Source: an uncultured Fibrobacteria bacterium
GTDB lineage: Bacteria; Fibrobacterota; Fibrobacteria; UBA11236
NCBI GenBank assembly: GCA_963716395.1
Contig: OY970309.1
Span: 896,001-960,000 of the forward strand
Reading direction: 5' to 3'
DNA: 64,000 bases
Both the position numbers and the translations under genes were made by a program. Each line of letters begins with the position of its first letter. The stretch's first letter is position 1. Positions 1 through 10,269 of the stretch are shown piece by piece. The notes under the pieces are model-generated. The model saw only the letters and a program-made list of their open reading frames with translations, searched no databases and was not told where the DNA came from.

Positions 1-189
1 TCGCCCCGTACTGGCCGCATGAAAACGCGATTATTCACTTCATCCCCCTCGGCCGAAGTTAATTCTTCGGCGATCGTTACTAGTAATAATTTACGAACTT
101 ATTTTATAAATAATCAAGATATTTTTATTTATTTAAAAGAAATATTTCTAATGGAATCGATTAAAAATCAATAAAATCCGCATCCTTCC

Positions 190-720
190 ATGTCGATACC
201 GCCCGACTTCGACCCAAGGCTGGAGGCCCTGCTTCCGCCATCCAATCCACCGCATTTACTCCGCGCCGGACGACCCGGCACCCGCGACGCCGCCGCCGTC
301 CACCGCGCGGTCTCGGCGCATGGCAAATTCGCGGCGGAGCCGCGCGCCGCGGCCCTGGCGCTGGCGCTTCTCTGGCATGATCACTGGGACGCGGCCCATG
401 AGGGGGTGCAGACGCAGGAAGGCCGAGCCGATTTCGATCTCATTCATTCCCTGGTCCACCGGCGCGAAGGCGATTATGGCAACGCGGCCTATTGGCTGAA
501 ACGCGCCGGCGAGCATCCGGCTTTCGCCGGCCTGAGTCCAGCCCGCCTCCCCTGGCTGCAATCCGAACCCGCTTTAGCAAAAATCGTTTTCCCCGGCGGG
601 CATTTCTCCGCGGCGGGGATGCTGCAAGCCGTGCAAATGGAATCCGCCGGCACGGCGTTGCGGGCGATACAGGCCGAAGAATATCGCGCCTTGTATGCCT
701 GGCTGATGAACCGGCCTTGA
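190..720 (+). CDS. conserved hypothetical protein
   Basis: 176 aa ORF after an AT-rich promoter region; conserved-looking motifs HWDAAHE and HRREGDYGNAAYW. Confidence 0.65.
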   Translation: MSIPPDFDPRLEALLPPSNPPHLLRAGRPGTRDAAAVHRAVSAHGKFAAEPRAAALALALLWHDHWDAAHEGVQTQEGRADFDLIHSLVHRREGDYGNAAYWLKRAGEHPAFAGLSPARLPWLQSEPALAKIVFPGGHFSAAGMLQAVQMESAGTALRAIQAEEYRALYAWLMNRP

Positions 721-806
721 AGCGGGGCGTGATCCGCGTGATCTTCGGGCGGATTTTTTCTCACCCGGACCTGGCCTTGGGGGGCCGTCCGGTTGATCTG
801 GTTTGG

Positions 807-1604
807 TCAGAGGCGGAGACGCTCCAACTCTTCCTGCAGGAAATTAAGGTCTTCTTCGGCGGCGTCGAAAAGATCGTCGCTGTTTTCCTTCGCAGCACCC
901 ATTCCCCGCGCGCCGGCCAGGGTCCAGGACCCCTTAAAATCACTGCGCCCCAATAAAACCGCCACCTGCGAGCACGCCGGCTGCCGATCGCGCAGCGATC
1001 CGTAGCGCCCGCCGACCTCGATGCGAATGTCGAGATCGACCAGAGACGATCCGGCCTCGGTCAGGCAGGGTTCCACCACGTCGGCATCCCGCGAAAAGGG
1101 ATTGAGCGCGCAGCGAAAACGCGCGCCCAGAAGGCGACGGCCCTGGCGGATGGCTTCGGGAGCCGCTTCAGAAGCTTCGAAGGTTTGCACCAGGCCCACA
1201 CCGCGCGGCAAGTCGCGCGACCATTCCCCCACCCAGGCCAGTTGTTCCGACGCGGCTTCGCCCCCGTCAGCCGGGGAGAATTTCAGCCCTTGCGGTTCGA
1301 AGTAGTCGGAAGCTTCCAGGAGAAAATCGCGCTGGCGGCGGCTTTTATCGCCGGCGTCGACGGGAATTCGGGCCCGCACAGAGACCACGGGAAGTTCCAA
1401 TTCCTGCGAGAACCGGCGAATGGCTTCCCATTCCGAGCGCGAAGTCAGAAAGAGATGCGGGGCCCAGATTTCGACACCGGAGTACCCGGCTTCGGCGATG
1501 GGCTCCATCCATTCCGACACCTGCAACGACGGTCCTTTCTGGCTCCAACGGTTGCGTTCGAGCAGAAACGTCGAAAGATTGACCAAGGTGCCGCCGAGAG
1601 CCAT
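807..1604 (-). CDS. sugar-phosphate isomerase/epimerase-like TIM-barrel protein
   Basis: IAEAGYSGVEIW motif typical of the xylose-isomerase-like TIM barrel family. Confidence 0.55.
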   Translation of the reverse strand: MALGGTLVNLSTFLLERNRWSQKGPSLQVSEWMEPIAEAGYSGVEIWAPHLFLTSRSEWEAIRRFSQELELPVVSVRARIPVDAGDKSRRQRDFLLEASDYFEPQGLKFSPADGGEAASEQLAWVGEWSRDLPRGVGLVQTFEASEAAPEAIRQGRRLLGARFRCALNPFSRDADVVEPCLTEAGSSLVDLDIRIEVGGRYGSLRDRQPACSQVAVLLGRSDFKGSWTLAGARGMGAAKENSDDLFDAAEEDLNFLQEELERLRL

Positions 1605-1778
1605 GCCCGCCCCGAATCCAGGTGCCGCAAATTAGTAAACCTGAAGCCGCAACCCGCGCCGCATTCCGTTGCTGGACAAAATCGGGCCGAGGCACGGCCA
1701 CCTACGGACGGTAGTATCGCGAGAGTTACCGTCGCTCCGGAGTTAAGTACGCGGCCGGGGAGTTTTGCCCGCAATGAT

Positions 1779-1800
1779 AACATATCATATTTGTATGAAA
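1779..1800 (+). promoter_or_regulatory. putative Rrf2-regulator box upstream of cysD
   Basis: AACATATCATATTTGTATGAAA matches AACATATAGGATTAGTATGATA (34326-34347) at 18/22 positions. Confidence 0.55.
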
Positions 1801-1927
1801 TAAAACGAGGGGCCTAGACCCAAAGCAAATCAAAGCTGATTTATTTTGTTTTGAGCAGATTTTATGGGTTTTTTCCAAAGGGTTTAAACTGACTAAATTT
1901 ATATGTATTATGCAGCCCGGAGTCACC

Positions 1928-2815
1928 ATGGCCCACGATCATCTCGACCAGTTGGAAAGTCAAAGCGTGTTCGTACTGCGCGAGGCCTATGCCAATTTTA
2001 AGAATCTGGCCATGCTCTGGTCCATCGGCAAAGACAGCACGGTGCTGCTCTGGCTGGCGCGCAAAGCCTTTTTCGGCCATGTGCCCATGACCTTGGTGCA
2101 CATCGATACCAGTTTCAAAATCCCCGCCATGATCGCGTACCGCGATCGCCTAGCCTTGGAGTGGCATTTGAATATGGTATACGGCCAGAACGAAGAGGCC
2201 GTGCGCAACCGGGAAACCTTTCCCGACGGCAAGCTCACGCGGTTGCAATGCTGCAAGGCGCTGAAGTCCGACGCGCTGCGGCGCACGCTGTCGGGCGAAG
2301 CCCGGCGCTATCGTATGAACCAACAAACCGGGCGGTACGATGCCGACGCGAACCGCGAGCCGTATACGGGCGTCATCGTGGGCGCGCGCGCCGACGAAGA
2401 GGGCTCGCGCTCCAAGGAGCGCTACTTTTCACCGCGCGACAAAAACAACGAATGGGATGTGGGCGATCAGCCGCCCGAGTTGTGGAACCAGTTCAAAACC
2501 GATTTCGCGCCCGGCACGCACGTGCGCATGCATCCGCTGCTCGACTGGACGGAGCTCAACATCTGGGAATACATCGAACGCGAACATATTCCCATCATCG
2601 ATTTGTATTTCAATCAGGGCGACGGCAAACGCTACCGCTCGCTGGGCTGTTATCCGTGCACCTCGCCGGTGGAATCGGAGGCCCGCAACGTGGCGGAAAT
2701 CGTGGCAGAACTCAAAACCGGCAAGTTCGCCAACATGGCCGAGCGTTCGGGCCGCGCGCAGGACAAAGAAGACGGCGGCGGCCTCGAAACCCTGCGCCGC
2801 GACGGGTACATGTAG
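1928..2815 (+). CDS. cysD: sulfate adenylyltransferase subunit 2
   Basis: SIGKDS PP-loop, [18 protein letters not shown], terminal GYM; start moved to ATG 1928. Confidence 0.95.
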   Translation: MAHDHLDQLESQSVFVLREAYANFKNLAMLWSIGKDSTVLLWLARKAFFGHVPMTLVHIDTSFKIPAMIAYRDRLALEWHLNMVYGQNEEAVRNRETFPDGKLTRLQCCKALKSDALRRTLSGEARRYRMNQQTGRYDADANREPYTGVIVGARADEEGSRSKERYFSPRDKNNEWDVGDQPPELWNQFKTDFAPGTHVRMHPLLDWTELNIWEYIEREHIPIIDLYFNQGDGKRYRSLGCYPCTSPVESEARNVAEIVAELKTGKFANMAERSGRAQDKEDGGGLETLRRDGYM

Positions 2816-2826
2816 CCGGAGGCAAG

Positions 2827-4626
2827 ATGGGCACGGAAACCTCGACGGCCGCTCCCGCCGCCGCAGCGAAAATCGCTCCGGGCCAACCCCGCATGGATAT
2901 CGTCATCGTCGGCCACGTCGATCACGGCAAGAGCACGGTGATCGGCCGCCTTTTGGCCGACACGGGTTCGCTGCCCGAAGGCAAGCTGGAATCGGTGCGC
3001 GCTTTTTGCGCGCGCCATGCGCGCCCTTTCGAGTACGCCTTTTTGCTCGACGCCCTGAAAGACGAGCAGGCCCAGGGCATCACCATCGACACGGCGCGCA
3101 CGTTTTTCCAATCGCAGCGGCGGCATTACGTCATCATCGACGCGCCGGGGCATATCGAGTTTCTCAAGAACATGGTCACGGGCGCCGCCCGCGCCGAAGC
3201 CGCGGTGCTGGTCATCGACGCCAAAGAGGGCATTCAGGAAAACAGCAAGCGCCACGGCTACCTGCTTTCCATGCTGGGCATCCGCCAAATCGTGGTGGCC
3301 GTGAACAAGATGGATCTGGTCGATTATTCCCGCCAGGTCTTCGAGGATATCCGCGACGAATACATGGCCTTTCTGGGCCGGCTCGGCGCCGTGCCCAAGT
3401 TCTTCGTACCCATCGCGGCTTTTCCCGGCGAAAACATGGTGCGTCCCTCGGATAAAATGCCTTGGTTCAAGGGACCGGATTTGCTGGCCGCGGTCGACGC
3501 TTTTGAAAAGGCCCCGCCCAAAACGGGCCAGCCCTTCCGCATGCCCGTGCAAGACGTGTACAAGTTTACGGCCCGCGGCGACGGCCGCCGCCTGGTGAGC
3601 GGCCGGGTGGAGTCGGGAACCCTGCGCGTGGGCGACGACGTGGTGTTTCTGCCTTCGCGCAAACACAGCCGCGTCCGCAGCCTCGAGGGCTTCAACACCC
3701 CGCCGCAGAGCGAAGTGCAGGCCGGCCATTCCACCGGCGTGACGCTGGAGACCCAGATCTTCGTAGGCCGCGGCGAAATCATGGCGCGCGCGGGCGAGCC
3801 GCTGCCCGAGGTGTCGAACCGCATCCGCGCCAACGTCTTCTGGATGGGGAAAGCGCCGCTGCGCATGGACCGCGACTATTTCCTCAAGGTGGGTACGGCC
3901 AAGGTGGCCATGCGGTTGCTGCATATCAATTTTCTCATCGACGCGTCGGAGAGCGCGGCCGAAACGCATGCCCTGGATTACGTAGAGCGCCACGACGTAG
4001 CCGACTGCATCCTGCAATTGCGCAAACCCATCGCCTTCGACCCCACCTCTTCGCTGGAAGCCACGGGGCGTTTCGTGGTCGTCGATCAATACGAAATCGC
4101 CGGCGGCGGCATCATCCGCGAGGCCCTGGCCTCCGACGCCGAAGCCGCCTCCGCAACTGTGCAAACCCACCGCCGCCTGCATCGCCGCGAAGCCGCTCCC
4201 GCCGGGCGCGTGGCGGTATTTTCCGGCGCCGGCGCCGCTGCGGCCGCTCTCGAGGCCGACCTGCGCCGGCGGCAAAAACCGGTGGCTTTGCTGGGGCTGC
4301 CCGAAACCGCGGCCGAAGCGGGCGCCGCTTCGCAACAACAGCAGTTGGGCCGCACCGACCTGTTGCAAAAACTGGGCGAGGCGGCCTTCCACCTGGGTAC
4401 CGTGGGCGTTACCGTGTTGCTCGATGTCGAAGATCTCGACGCGGCCGAAGCGCGCGCGCTGGCGGAAATCCTGGCGCCGGTGCCGTGTCTGTGGGTGCAG
4501 TCGCCTTCCGCAGCCGGGCTCGACGCGCCCGGCCCGCACCTGCAAATCCGCTCCGAGGCCGACGCGGCGACTTGGGTGCAGGAAATCGACGCGGCCTTTT
4601 CCCGGCTTCCGGCCGTGCCGACATGA
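2827..4626 (+). CDS. cysN: sulfate adenylyltransferase GTPase subunit with degenerate C-terminal APS-kinase-like tail
   Basis: [20 protein letters not shown] and NKMD GTPase motifs; follows cysD; ATG 2827. Confidence 0.92.
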   Translation: MGTETSTAAPAAAAKIAPGQPRMDIVIVGHVDHGKSTVIGRLLADTGSLPEGKLESVRAFCARHARPFEYAFLLDALKDEQAQGITIDTARTFFQSQRRHYVIIDAPGHIEFLKNMVTGAARAEAAVLVIDAKEGIQENSKRHGYLLSMLGIRQIVVAVNKMDLVDYSRQVFEDIRDEYMAFLGRLGAVPKFFVPIAAFPGENMVRPSDKMPWFKGPDLLAAVDAFEKAPPKTGQPFRMPVQDVYKFTARGDGRRLVSGRVESGTLRVGDDVVFLPSRKHSRVRSLEGFNTPPQSEVQAGHSTGVTLETQIFVGRGEIMARAGEPLPEVSNRIRANVFWMGKAPLRMDRDYFLKVGTAKVAMRLLHINFLIDASESAAETHALDYVERHDVADCILQLRKPIAFDPTSSLEATGRFVVVDQYEIAGGGIIREALASDAEAASATVQTHRRLHRREAAPAGRVAVFSGAGAAAAALEADLRRRQKPVALLGLPETAAEAGAASQQQQLGRTDLLQKLGEAAFHLGTVGVTVLLDVEDLDAAEARALAEILAPVPCLWVQSPSAAGLDAPGPHLQIRSEADAATWVQEIDAAFSRLPAVPT

Positions 4627-5252
4627 ACGCGACGCCTGCGCCGTTCGGCGATCCCGCCCGCCGCCATCTGGTGCGGCAGGAATCCAGCCTGCGGCGCGCA
4701 GATCGCGTGCGCGTGACCAGGCAACGCGGCGCGGTGTTGTGGTTCACCGGGCTTTCGGGCAGCGGAAAATCCACCGTGGCTGGAGCCGTCGAAGCGCGCC
4801 TGAACCGTCTCGACAAGGTGACCTTTTTGCTCGACGGCGACAACGTGCGCCACGGGCTGTGCGCCGATCTCGGCTTCGGCGACGCCGACCGCCGGGAAAA
4901 CATCCGGCGCGTGGCGCATGTGGCCCGGCTGTTCTGGGAGGCGAATCTGTTGGCCCTGGTTTCCTTTATCTCGCCCTTCCGCGCCGACCGCCGCATCGCC
5001 CGCGATCTCATCGGATCCGACTTCGTCGAGATCTTCGTGGACGCGCCGCTGGCCATCTGCGAAGCGCGCGACCCCAAAGGCCTGTACCGCAAGGCGCGCG
5101 ACGGTCTTATCGCCGAGTTCACCGGCATTTCTTCGCCCTACGAACCTCCGGAAGCGCCGGAGTTGACGCTCAAAACCGGCGCCGAGAACCTCGACACCTG
5201 CGTGGAGCAGGTGCTTGCCTACCTCAAGTCCAAAGGTTATTTGCTGTCTTGA
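4623..5252 (+). CDS. cysC: adenylyl-sulfate kinase
   Basis: [38 protein letters not shown]; ATGA overlap with cysN. Confidence 0.95.
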   Translation: MNATPAPFGDPARRHLVRQESSLRRADRVRVTRQRGAVLWFTGLSGSGKSTVAGAVEARLNRLDKVTFLLDGDNVRHGLCADLGFGDADRRENIRRVAHVARLFWEANLLALVSFISPFRADRRIARDLIGSDFVEIFVDAPLAICEARDPKGLYRKARDGLIAEFTGISSPYEPPEAPELTLKTGAENLDTCVEQVLAYLKSKGYLLS

Positions 5253-5268
5253 GGGCTTACGCCCGAGT

Positions 5269-5298
5269 AAAAAGGGGAACGGCGCAGACGCCGTTCCC
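5269..5298. terminator. intrinsic terminator between convergent cysC and hsp20
   Basis: GGGAACGGCG-caga-CGCCGTTCCC hairpin with an A-run on the left (U-tail on the minus strand). Confidence 0.7.
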
Positions 5299-5318
5299 GC
5301 TCTCCCTCTTCACCGGAG

Positions 5319-5762
5319 TTATTTGATGGCGATGGTTTTGGGCCTGGCCTCGTCGGCCTTGGGAATGCGCAATTGCAGCACGCCGTCTTTGTGTTCGGCC
5401 TCAATGGCGTCGGTCTTGACGTTGCGTGGTAATTCAAACGTGCGCGAGAATTCCCCCGACCGCGATTCGACGTAGCGGTAACGGCCCTCTTCGCCTTGAG
5501 CACTGCCTTGAGCAACGCCCTGGACCTTCGCTTCTTTGCGGCCGCTCAAAACCAATTGGTTGTCTTTGATTTCAACCGTCAGGTTCTCCTTGGCCACGCC
5601 GGGAAGTTCGGCGCGCAGCACAAAGGCGTCTTTTTCCTCGGTGATGTCGACGGCCGGGGTGAAACCCGAACGGCGGGCATAGCCCCAATTGCGATCGAAG
5701 TCGTCGAAAAAGCGATCGACCCACGAGGCGGGATGTGCGAAAGTTGTATTCAAGGTAAGCAT
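5319..5762 (-). CDS. Hsp20/alpha-crystallin small heat-shock protein
   Basis: PAVDITE, AELPGV, GEFSRTFELP, DGVLQLRIPK; RBS AAGGAG before ATG 5762. Confidence 0.93.
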   Translation of the reverse strand: MLTLNTTFAHPASWVDRFFDDFDRNWGYARRSGFTPAVDITEEKDAFVLRAELPGVAKENLTVEIKDNQLVLSGRKEAKVQGVAQGSAQGEEGRYRYVESRSGEFSRTFELPRNVKTDAIEAEHKDGVLQLRIPKADEARPKTIAIK

Positions 5763-5825
5763 GATAGTTCTCCTTTTTTTGATTTCGGTTGCGATCCTGC
5801 GACCGCGTTGCTGTCTGCATGAATC

Positions 5826-5841
5826 GCAACTCGGATGCCAA
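5826..5841 (-). promoter_or_regulatory. sigma54 (-24/-12) promoter for hsp20
   Basis: minus strand TTGGCATCCGAGTTGC, exact GG-N10-GC spacing. Confidence 0.65.
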
Positions 5842-5982
5842 CGCAAAATCGCTTTCGCAGACCGCAAAAACGCGGTGGGGAACCCGTTTCCAGCGTGTCG
5901 CTTCCCGACTTGCTTCCCAACTTGAAACGCACCGGAAAACACGCCGTCCGACTTTGATACATTCGCAACCGGAAACACAACC

Positions 5983-6858
5983 ATGCGGTTTGAACTCAAC
6001 CCCGAAGGCGTGCGGCGCCTGTTCGCCATCTGGAACGTGCCGCTTCCGCCGGAAGAGACGGTGCTCTTCGCCTTGCGCGGTTGCCTGCCGCTCCTGCCGC
6101 CGCGCGCCTGGTTTGTTTCCCTGCCCCTGCAAACGGCCGCAGTCGATTACGCGCACCTGCGCTGCACCGTCGGCCTGTGGAACCGCCGTGCCGGAAAAAT
6201 TTTCGCGGCGGCGGGTTCCACCGTACCGCATCGCGACGCGGTGCTTCGGGCCGCGGCGCGACGCGGCCGCAGTCAGGGGCGCGGCACCAATCAACTGGAG
6301 CCGGGATATTACCGCGACCTGCAGCCGGGCGAGCATTTGCAAGGCCGCCCTTCCGGCCATGCGGCTCTGCGGCAAACCGGCTACCGTTTCTACCGGCGCA
6401 GCGCCCATGCGCCGCCCTATACGCGCCGCGATCCGCTCTACTTCGGCAACCCCTACGACAATCTCCACAGCGCCGGAAACCTGGACGCCCGGACCACGGG
6501 TTTCCACAGCGCGGGCTGCGTGGTGGTGGCGGGGCTGCCGCATTGTCCGCGCCTGGCCGACTCCGGCCCCAACCGGGGCGCCTGGAAAATCTTCCATGAC
6601 CACGTGTACGCCGCGGGGCAAAAAAACTTTCCCCTGCTGCTGCTGCCGGCCGCCGCTGCCGCTGCGGCCCTGGCGGCGGAAAAGACCCCGCAACGTTTGT
6701 GTTACGGATCGCAGGGGCCGCAGGTGGAAAAACTGCAAGCGCGGCTGCGGGAGCAGGGTTGGTACCGCGGCCGCATCGACGGCGTGCTGGGCGTTTCGAC
6801 CTACCGCGCCTGGAACCGCGCCGGCCTGTCGGGGTTCGGCCGCCTGCTTCCCGGTTGA
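5983..6858 (+). CDS. peptidoglycan-binding protein with YkuD/L,D-transpeptidase-like H..SxGC motif
   Basis: C-terminal GSQGPQVEKLQARL..GRIDGVLGVST (PG_binding_1-like); NLHSAG...HSAGCVVV. Confidence 0.6.
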   Translation: MRFELNPEGVRRLFAIWNVPLPPEETVLFALRGCLPLLPPRAWFVSLPLQTAAVDYAHLRCTVGLWNRRAGKIFAAAGSTVPHRDAVLRAAARRGRSQGRGTNQLEPGYYRDLQPGEHLQGRPSGHAALRQTGYRFYRRSAHAPPYTRRDPLYFGNPYDNLHSAGNLDARTTGFHSAGCVVVAGLPHCPRLADSGPNRGAWKIFHDHVYAAGQKNFPLLLLPAAAAAAALAAEKTPQRLCYGSQGPQVEKLQARLREQGWYRGRIDGVLGVSTYRAWNRAGLSGFGRLLPG

Positions 6859-6911
6859 CCGCGCGGGCACGGGCCGCAATCCGTCTGCGCTCCCCATTGT
6901 ATCTTTGCTCC

Positions 6912-7799
6912 ATGAGCGCGCCGATCGCCCGCAAACCCGCCTGGCTCAAGGCCCGCATTCCCGGCGGCCAAGACTTCGCCCGCCTGCGCGACATCGTGCA
7001 CGGCCACCGCCTGCACACGGTATGCGAAAGCGCGGGCTGCCCCAATCTGGGCGAATGCTGGGCGCAGGGCACGGCCACCTTGATGATTCTGGGCAACACC
7101 TGCACGCGTGGCTGTCGCTTCTGCGACGTGCCCAAAGGGAAACCCGGAAGTTACGATGGCGAAGAACCCGAGCGCGTAGCCGACTCGGTGCGGCGGATGA
7201 ATTTGCGCTATGTCGTAATCACCTCGGTGGCGCGCGACGACCTGCCCGATCAAGGCGCGGAGATTTGGGCCGAAACCATTCTCCGTGTGCGGGCCGAAAA
7301 TCCCGACACCCGCATCGAAGTGCTGATTCCGGATTTGCAGGGCCGCCTCGATTTGCTCGACCGCGTACTCGACGCGCAGCCCGACGTGCTCAACCACAAT
7401 TTCGAAACCGTCGCGCGCCTGCAGCGCATCGTACGCGGACGCGCGAATTTCCACGACACCAGCGCGGTGTTGCGCCATGCCAAGGCCCGGGGCTTCGCCA
7501 CCAAAACCAGCCTCATGCTCGGAGTGGGCGAAACCCGTGCCGAACTGGAAGACGCCATCCGCCATATCGCCGCTTTGCGGGTCGATATTCTGACTTTGGG
7601 CCAGTACCTGCCGCCGAGTCGGGAGCATTTGCCGGTGGAACGCTATGCGACGCCGGAAGAGTTCGACGCGCTACGCGCCTTCGCCTTAGCGGCGGGCCTC
7701 GCCGTCTGCCAATCCGGCCCGCTGGTGCGCTCGTCGTACCGGGCCGACGAAGCAGCGGAATCGCTTTTTGCCCGGGCTGCCTCCCCGAATCGCGAATGA
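6912..7799 (+). CDS. lipA: lipoyl synthase
   Basis: RKPAWLK, CESAGCPNLGEC, CTRGCRFC radical-SAM motif, VRSSYRA. Confidence 0.96.
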   Translation: MSAPIARKPAWLKARIPGGQDFARLRDIVHGHRLHTVCESAGCPNLGECWAQGTATLMILGNTCTRGCRFCDVPKGKPGSYDGEEPERVADSVRRMNLRYVVITSVARDDLPDQGAEIWAETILRVRAENPDTRIEVLIPDLQGRLDLLDRVLDAQPDVLNHNFETVARLQRIVRGRANFHDTSAVLRHAKARGFATKTSLMLGVGETRAELEDAIRHIAALRVDILTLGQYLPPSREHLPVERYATPEEFDALRAFALAAGLAVCQSGPLVRSSYRADEAAESLFARAASPNRE

Positions 7800-7836
7800 C
7801 CCTCGCTGACTCGACGCCGCCCGGAGCGCGGTGTGC

Positions 7837-8643
7837 ATGCCGACCCGCACGTATCGCCCCTGTGACGCGCTGAGCCCTTGGGTCTCCGGCTTCGAAATCA
7901 TCAAAGCCGATTTTTCCGTCGACACCTATTCCGTGCTTCCGGATCTCGAACCGGTAATGGGGTTTCAATACCGCGGCCGCATTCGCGCGGTGGGCGCGTC
8001 GGAGGAGGTGCTGCTGGAAACCTCCGGCATAACGGGAATCCAATCCGGCCCACGACGGTACCGGAACCTTCCCGGCACCGCATCGGTGCTCGTGCGCTTT
8101 CATCCCTGGGGCGCGGCTGCGTTTTTGCCCGCGCCCATGGAAGAGTTGGCCGGCGTCAGCGTCGGACTCGAATCGCTGCTGGCTCCCGCGCCCACGCGGG
8201 AATTGTTGGAACAGTTGCAGGCCGCATCGCATGACGCCGATCGTATTCGCGCGGTGGAACTCTTTCTGCTGCCGCGGGTGCGCGCGCGCGCTCCTGACGG
8301 CCTGCTGCGACGCGCCGTACGCTGCGTGCAAGCGCAACCCGAGATCTTCGCGGTGACCGACGCGGCCCGACGCCTGGGTTTGGGCGATCGCCAACTCGAG
8401 CGGAAATTCCGCGAATGGATCGGCGTCGGGCCCAAGCGCTTCGCGCGCCTGGCCCGCTTTCGGGCCGCGCTGCAAAAAATGACGGCCGCCCCGCAACGCG
8501 CGTCTGCGGCGCTCGACGTGGGCTACTACGACCAGGCCCACTTCATCAAAGACTTCCGCGCCTTCGCCGGCGCCACGCCGGCGGCGTTTCTCCGGGATTT
8601 GCGCGCCTCGCGACCCGATCGCTTGCGTCCGCCGACGCCGTGA
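7837..8643 (+). CDS. AraC-family transcriptional regulator
   Basis: RQLERKFREWIGVGPKRFAR and GYYDQAHFIKDFRAFAG HTH signatures. Confidence 0.9.
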   Translation: MPTRTYRPCDALSPWVSGFEIIKADFSVDTYSVLPDLEPVMGFQYRGRIRAVGASEEVLLETSGITGIQSGPRRYRNLPGTASVLVRFHPWGAAAFLPAPMEELAGVSVGLESLLAPAPTRELLEQLQAASHDADRIRAVELFLLPRVRARAPDGLLRRAVRCVQAQPEIFAVTDAARRLGLGDRQLERKFREWIGVGPKRFARLARFRAALQKMTAAPQRASAALDVGYYDQAHFIKDFRAFAGATPAAFLRDLRASRPDRLRPPTP

Positions 8644-8725
8644 GCCATTCAAGGTGTCGGGTTTTTACAATGAGTCCGAAATATTTTCGACTATCCTGGA
8701 TGCGGTCACCAACCTGGAGGAAAAA

Positions 8726-9358
8726 ATGGCCGCCGAAAAACGACTGAACGGTTTTAAAGAAGTGCACAAGGGCTTGCGCAACGCGTTGTTCGAACTCGCC
8801 GTGCAGGCCGGGTCTGCCGACGCCGACCAGCCTGGAGAAATGGAAAACTTGGCCCGCAAGGCGCGGGAAGTATTCCACTTTCTCGATCATCATTCCGGCA
8901 ACGAGGACCGCTATCTCGTGCCCGACATGGAGGCCAAGTCCATGCCCGAAGCCGCGCGCGTGCGCGGTGTTCACGGCGCGTTGGAAGCGGAGGCCAAACG
9001 TCTGGTCGAAAGCTCGACCCGGCTCGATTCCACGGAGTCGCTGTACGGTTTCTATCTGGCGTTGAATCGTTTCATCGCGCAGTACCTGGGACATCTCGAC
9101 GAGGAGGAAACGGAAATTCTCCCGGCGTTGCACGCACGCTTCACCGACGCGGAGTTGGCGAATTTCCCGCGGCAGTCGGTGGCCAATACTTCACCCGAGG
9201 ACAAAAAGATGATGTTGGCCCATATGTTCCCGGCCATGAACGCGTCGGAATTGCGGACTTTTTTCGGCGCGATGCGGAACGCGCCTCCCGAAGTGCTGCG
9301 CGCTCTCGAAGGTCTCGCCGAACGCGTGTTGGGCGCACGTGCCGCCTGCCTGCGGTGA
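8726..9358 (+). CDS. hemerythrin/HHE cation-binding domain protein
   Basis: HKGLR, HHSGNED, HLDEEETEILP; RBS GGAGG before ATG 8726. Confidence 0.75.
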   Translation: MAAEKRLNGFKEVHKGLRNALFELAVQAGSADADQPGEMENLARKAREVFHFLDHHSGNEDRYLVPDMEAKSMPEAARVRGVHGALEAEAKRLVESSTRLDSTESLYGFYLALNRFIAQYLGHLDEEETEILPALHARFTDAELANFPRQSVANTSPEDKKMMLAHMFPAMNASELRTFFGAMRNAPPEVLRALEGLAERVLGARAACLR

Positions 9359-9373
9359 TCGAAAGAGCTTCGC

Positions 9374-10084
9374 TCAGTCGGCTTCGCCGGCGGCCCAGCA
9401 CTTTTCCAGATAGGCCTTGACCTCGAGCCAGGCGGGCTTTCCGTCCTTCCAACCCTGCGCATCCAGGGCTGGAAAAAACCGCACCCGCACCGGAATGGGC
9501 ACCCGCGCACGCGCCGGGCGGGCCTCGAAGGCATTGCGCGAATTGGCCACATGCACCGGAATGATTTGCGCCCGGGCCAGCACGGCCATGCGCAAACCGC
9601 CCAGCTTGACGGGCAGGAGCGCGCCGCTTTTGCTGCGCGTGCCTTCGGGAAAAACCACCAAGGCGTTCGGCCCCAAATGCGCCGACGTCTCTTCGAGCAC
9701 TTTGCGGGCGTTGGACTGCCGCCCGCGGTCGATGAACACGCAGCCTACCTGCCGCATCCAATACGCGAGCAGGGGAATGCGCCCCAATTCTTGTTTGGCC
9801 ACGAACCCAATCGTTTCACCCGTGGCCGCCACCAAAGCGGGAATGTCGATTTGGCTTTGATGGTTGCTGAGCAAGACGCGGGGGCGCGACGAAGACGCCG
9901 GAAAATTTTCGCGTCCCTCCACCTGCAGGGCGACGTCGAAAACGCGCAGGGCATAATGCGCCCACGCCACATACGCCTGGGACAAAAATTGGCGGCGCCG
10001 GCCCTTTCCGGCAAGACCGCAGGCGGCATACCAAAAGAGGTGGCGGAACATATACGCCGCGACCCGAAAAATGCGCCCGATCAT
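9374..10084 (-). CDS. plsC: 1-acyl-sn-glycerol-3-phosphate acyltransferase
   Basis: NHQSQID, FIDR and VFPEGTRS motifs. Confidence 0.88.
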   Translation of the reverse strand: MIGRIFRVAAYMFRHLFWYAACGLAGKGRRRQFLSQAYVAWAHYALRVFDVALQVEGRENFPASSSRPRVLLSNHQSQIDIPALVAATGETIGFVAKQELGRIPLLAYWMRQVGCVFIDRGRQSNARKVLEETSAHLGPNALVVFPEGTRSKSGALLPVKLGGLRMAVLARAQIIPVHVANSRNAFEARPARARVPIPVRVRFFPALDAQGWKDGKPAWLEVKAYLEKCWAAGEAD

Positions 10085-10269
10085 GCCCGCCGGCTTCGCT
10101 CCCGTTTTATGGAGAAAAGCCAAATGTACCTTCCCCGACAGACACGCGTCCGGCGTTGCGCGACGAATAGCGAGAGACGTATACTTATTCCGGTGTTTGA
10201 ATTTCAGCCGGGTCTCAAACCGAAATAGGAACCGCGCAGCCCTCGTGGCCGCGTTCAAGCCTGCCGCCA

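Noticed and set aside
1-38. Possible start of a minus-strand gene leaving the window (GAGGGG then GTG at 38)
   Set aside because: Only 12 codons are visible; cannot be supported.
2650-4545. Long antisense/shadow ORFs (also 5789-7873, 12248-13630, 31773-33683, 46803-49265)
   Set aside because: They overlap well-supported genes; stop-poor alternative frames are expected at high GC and show no motifs.
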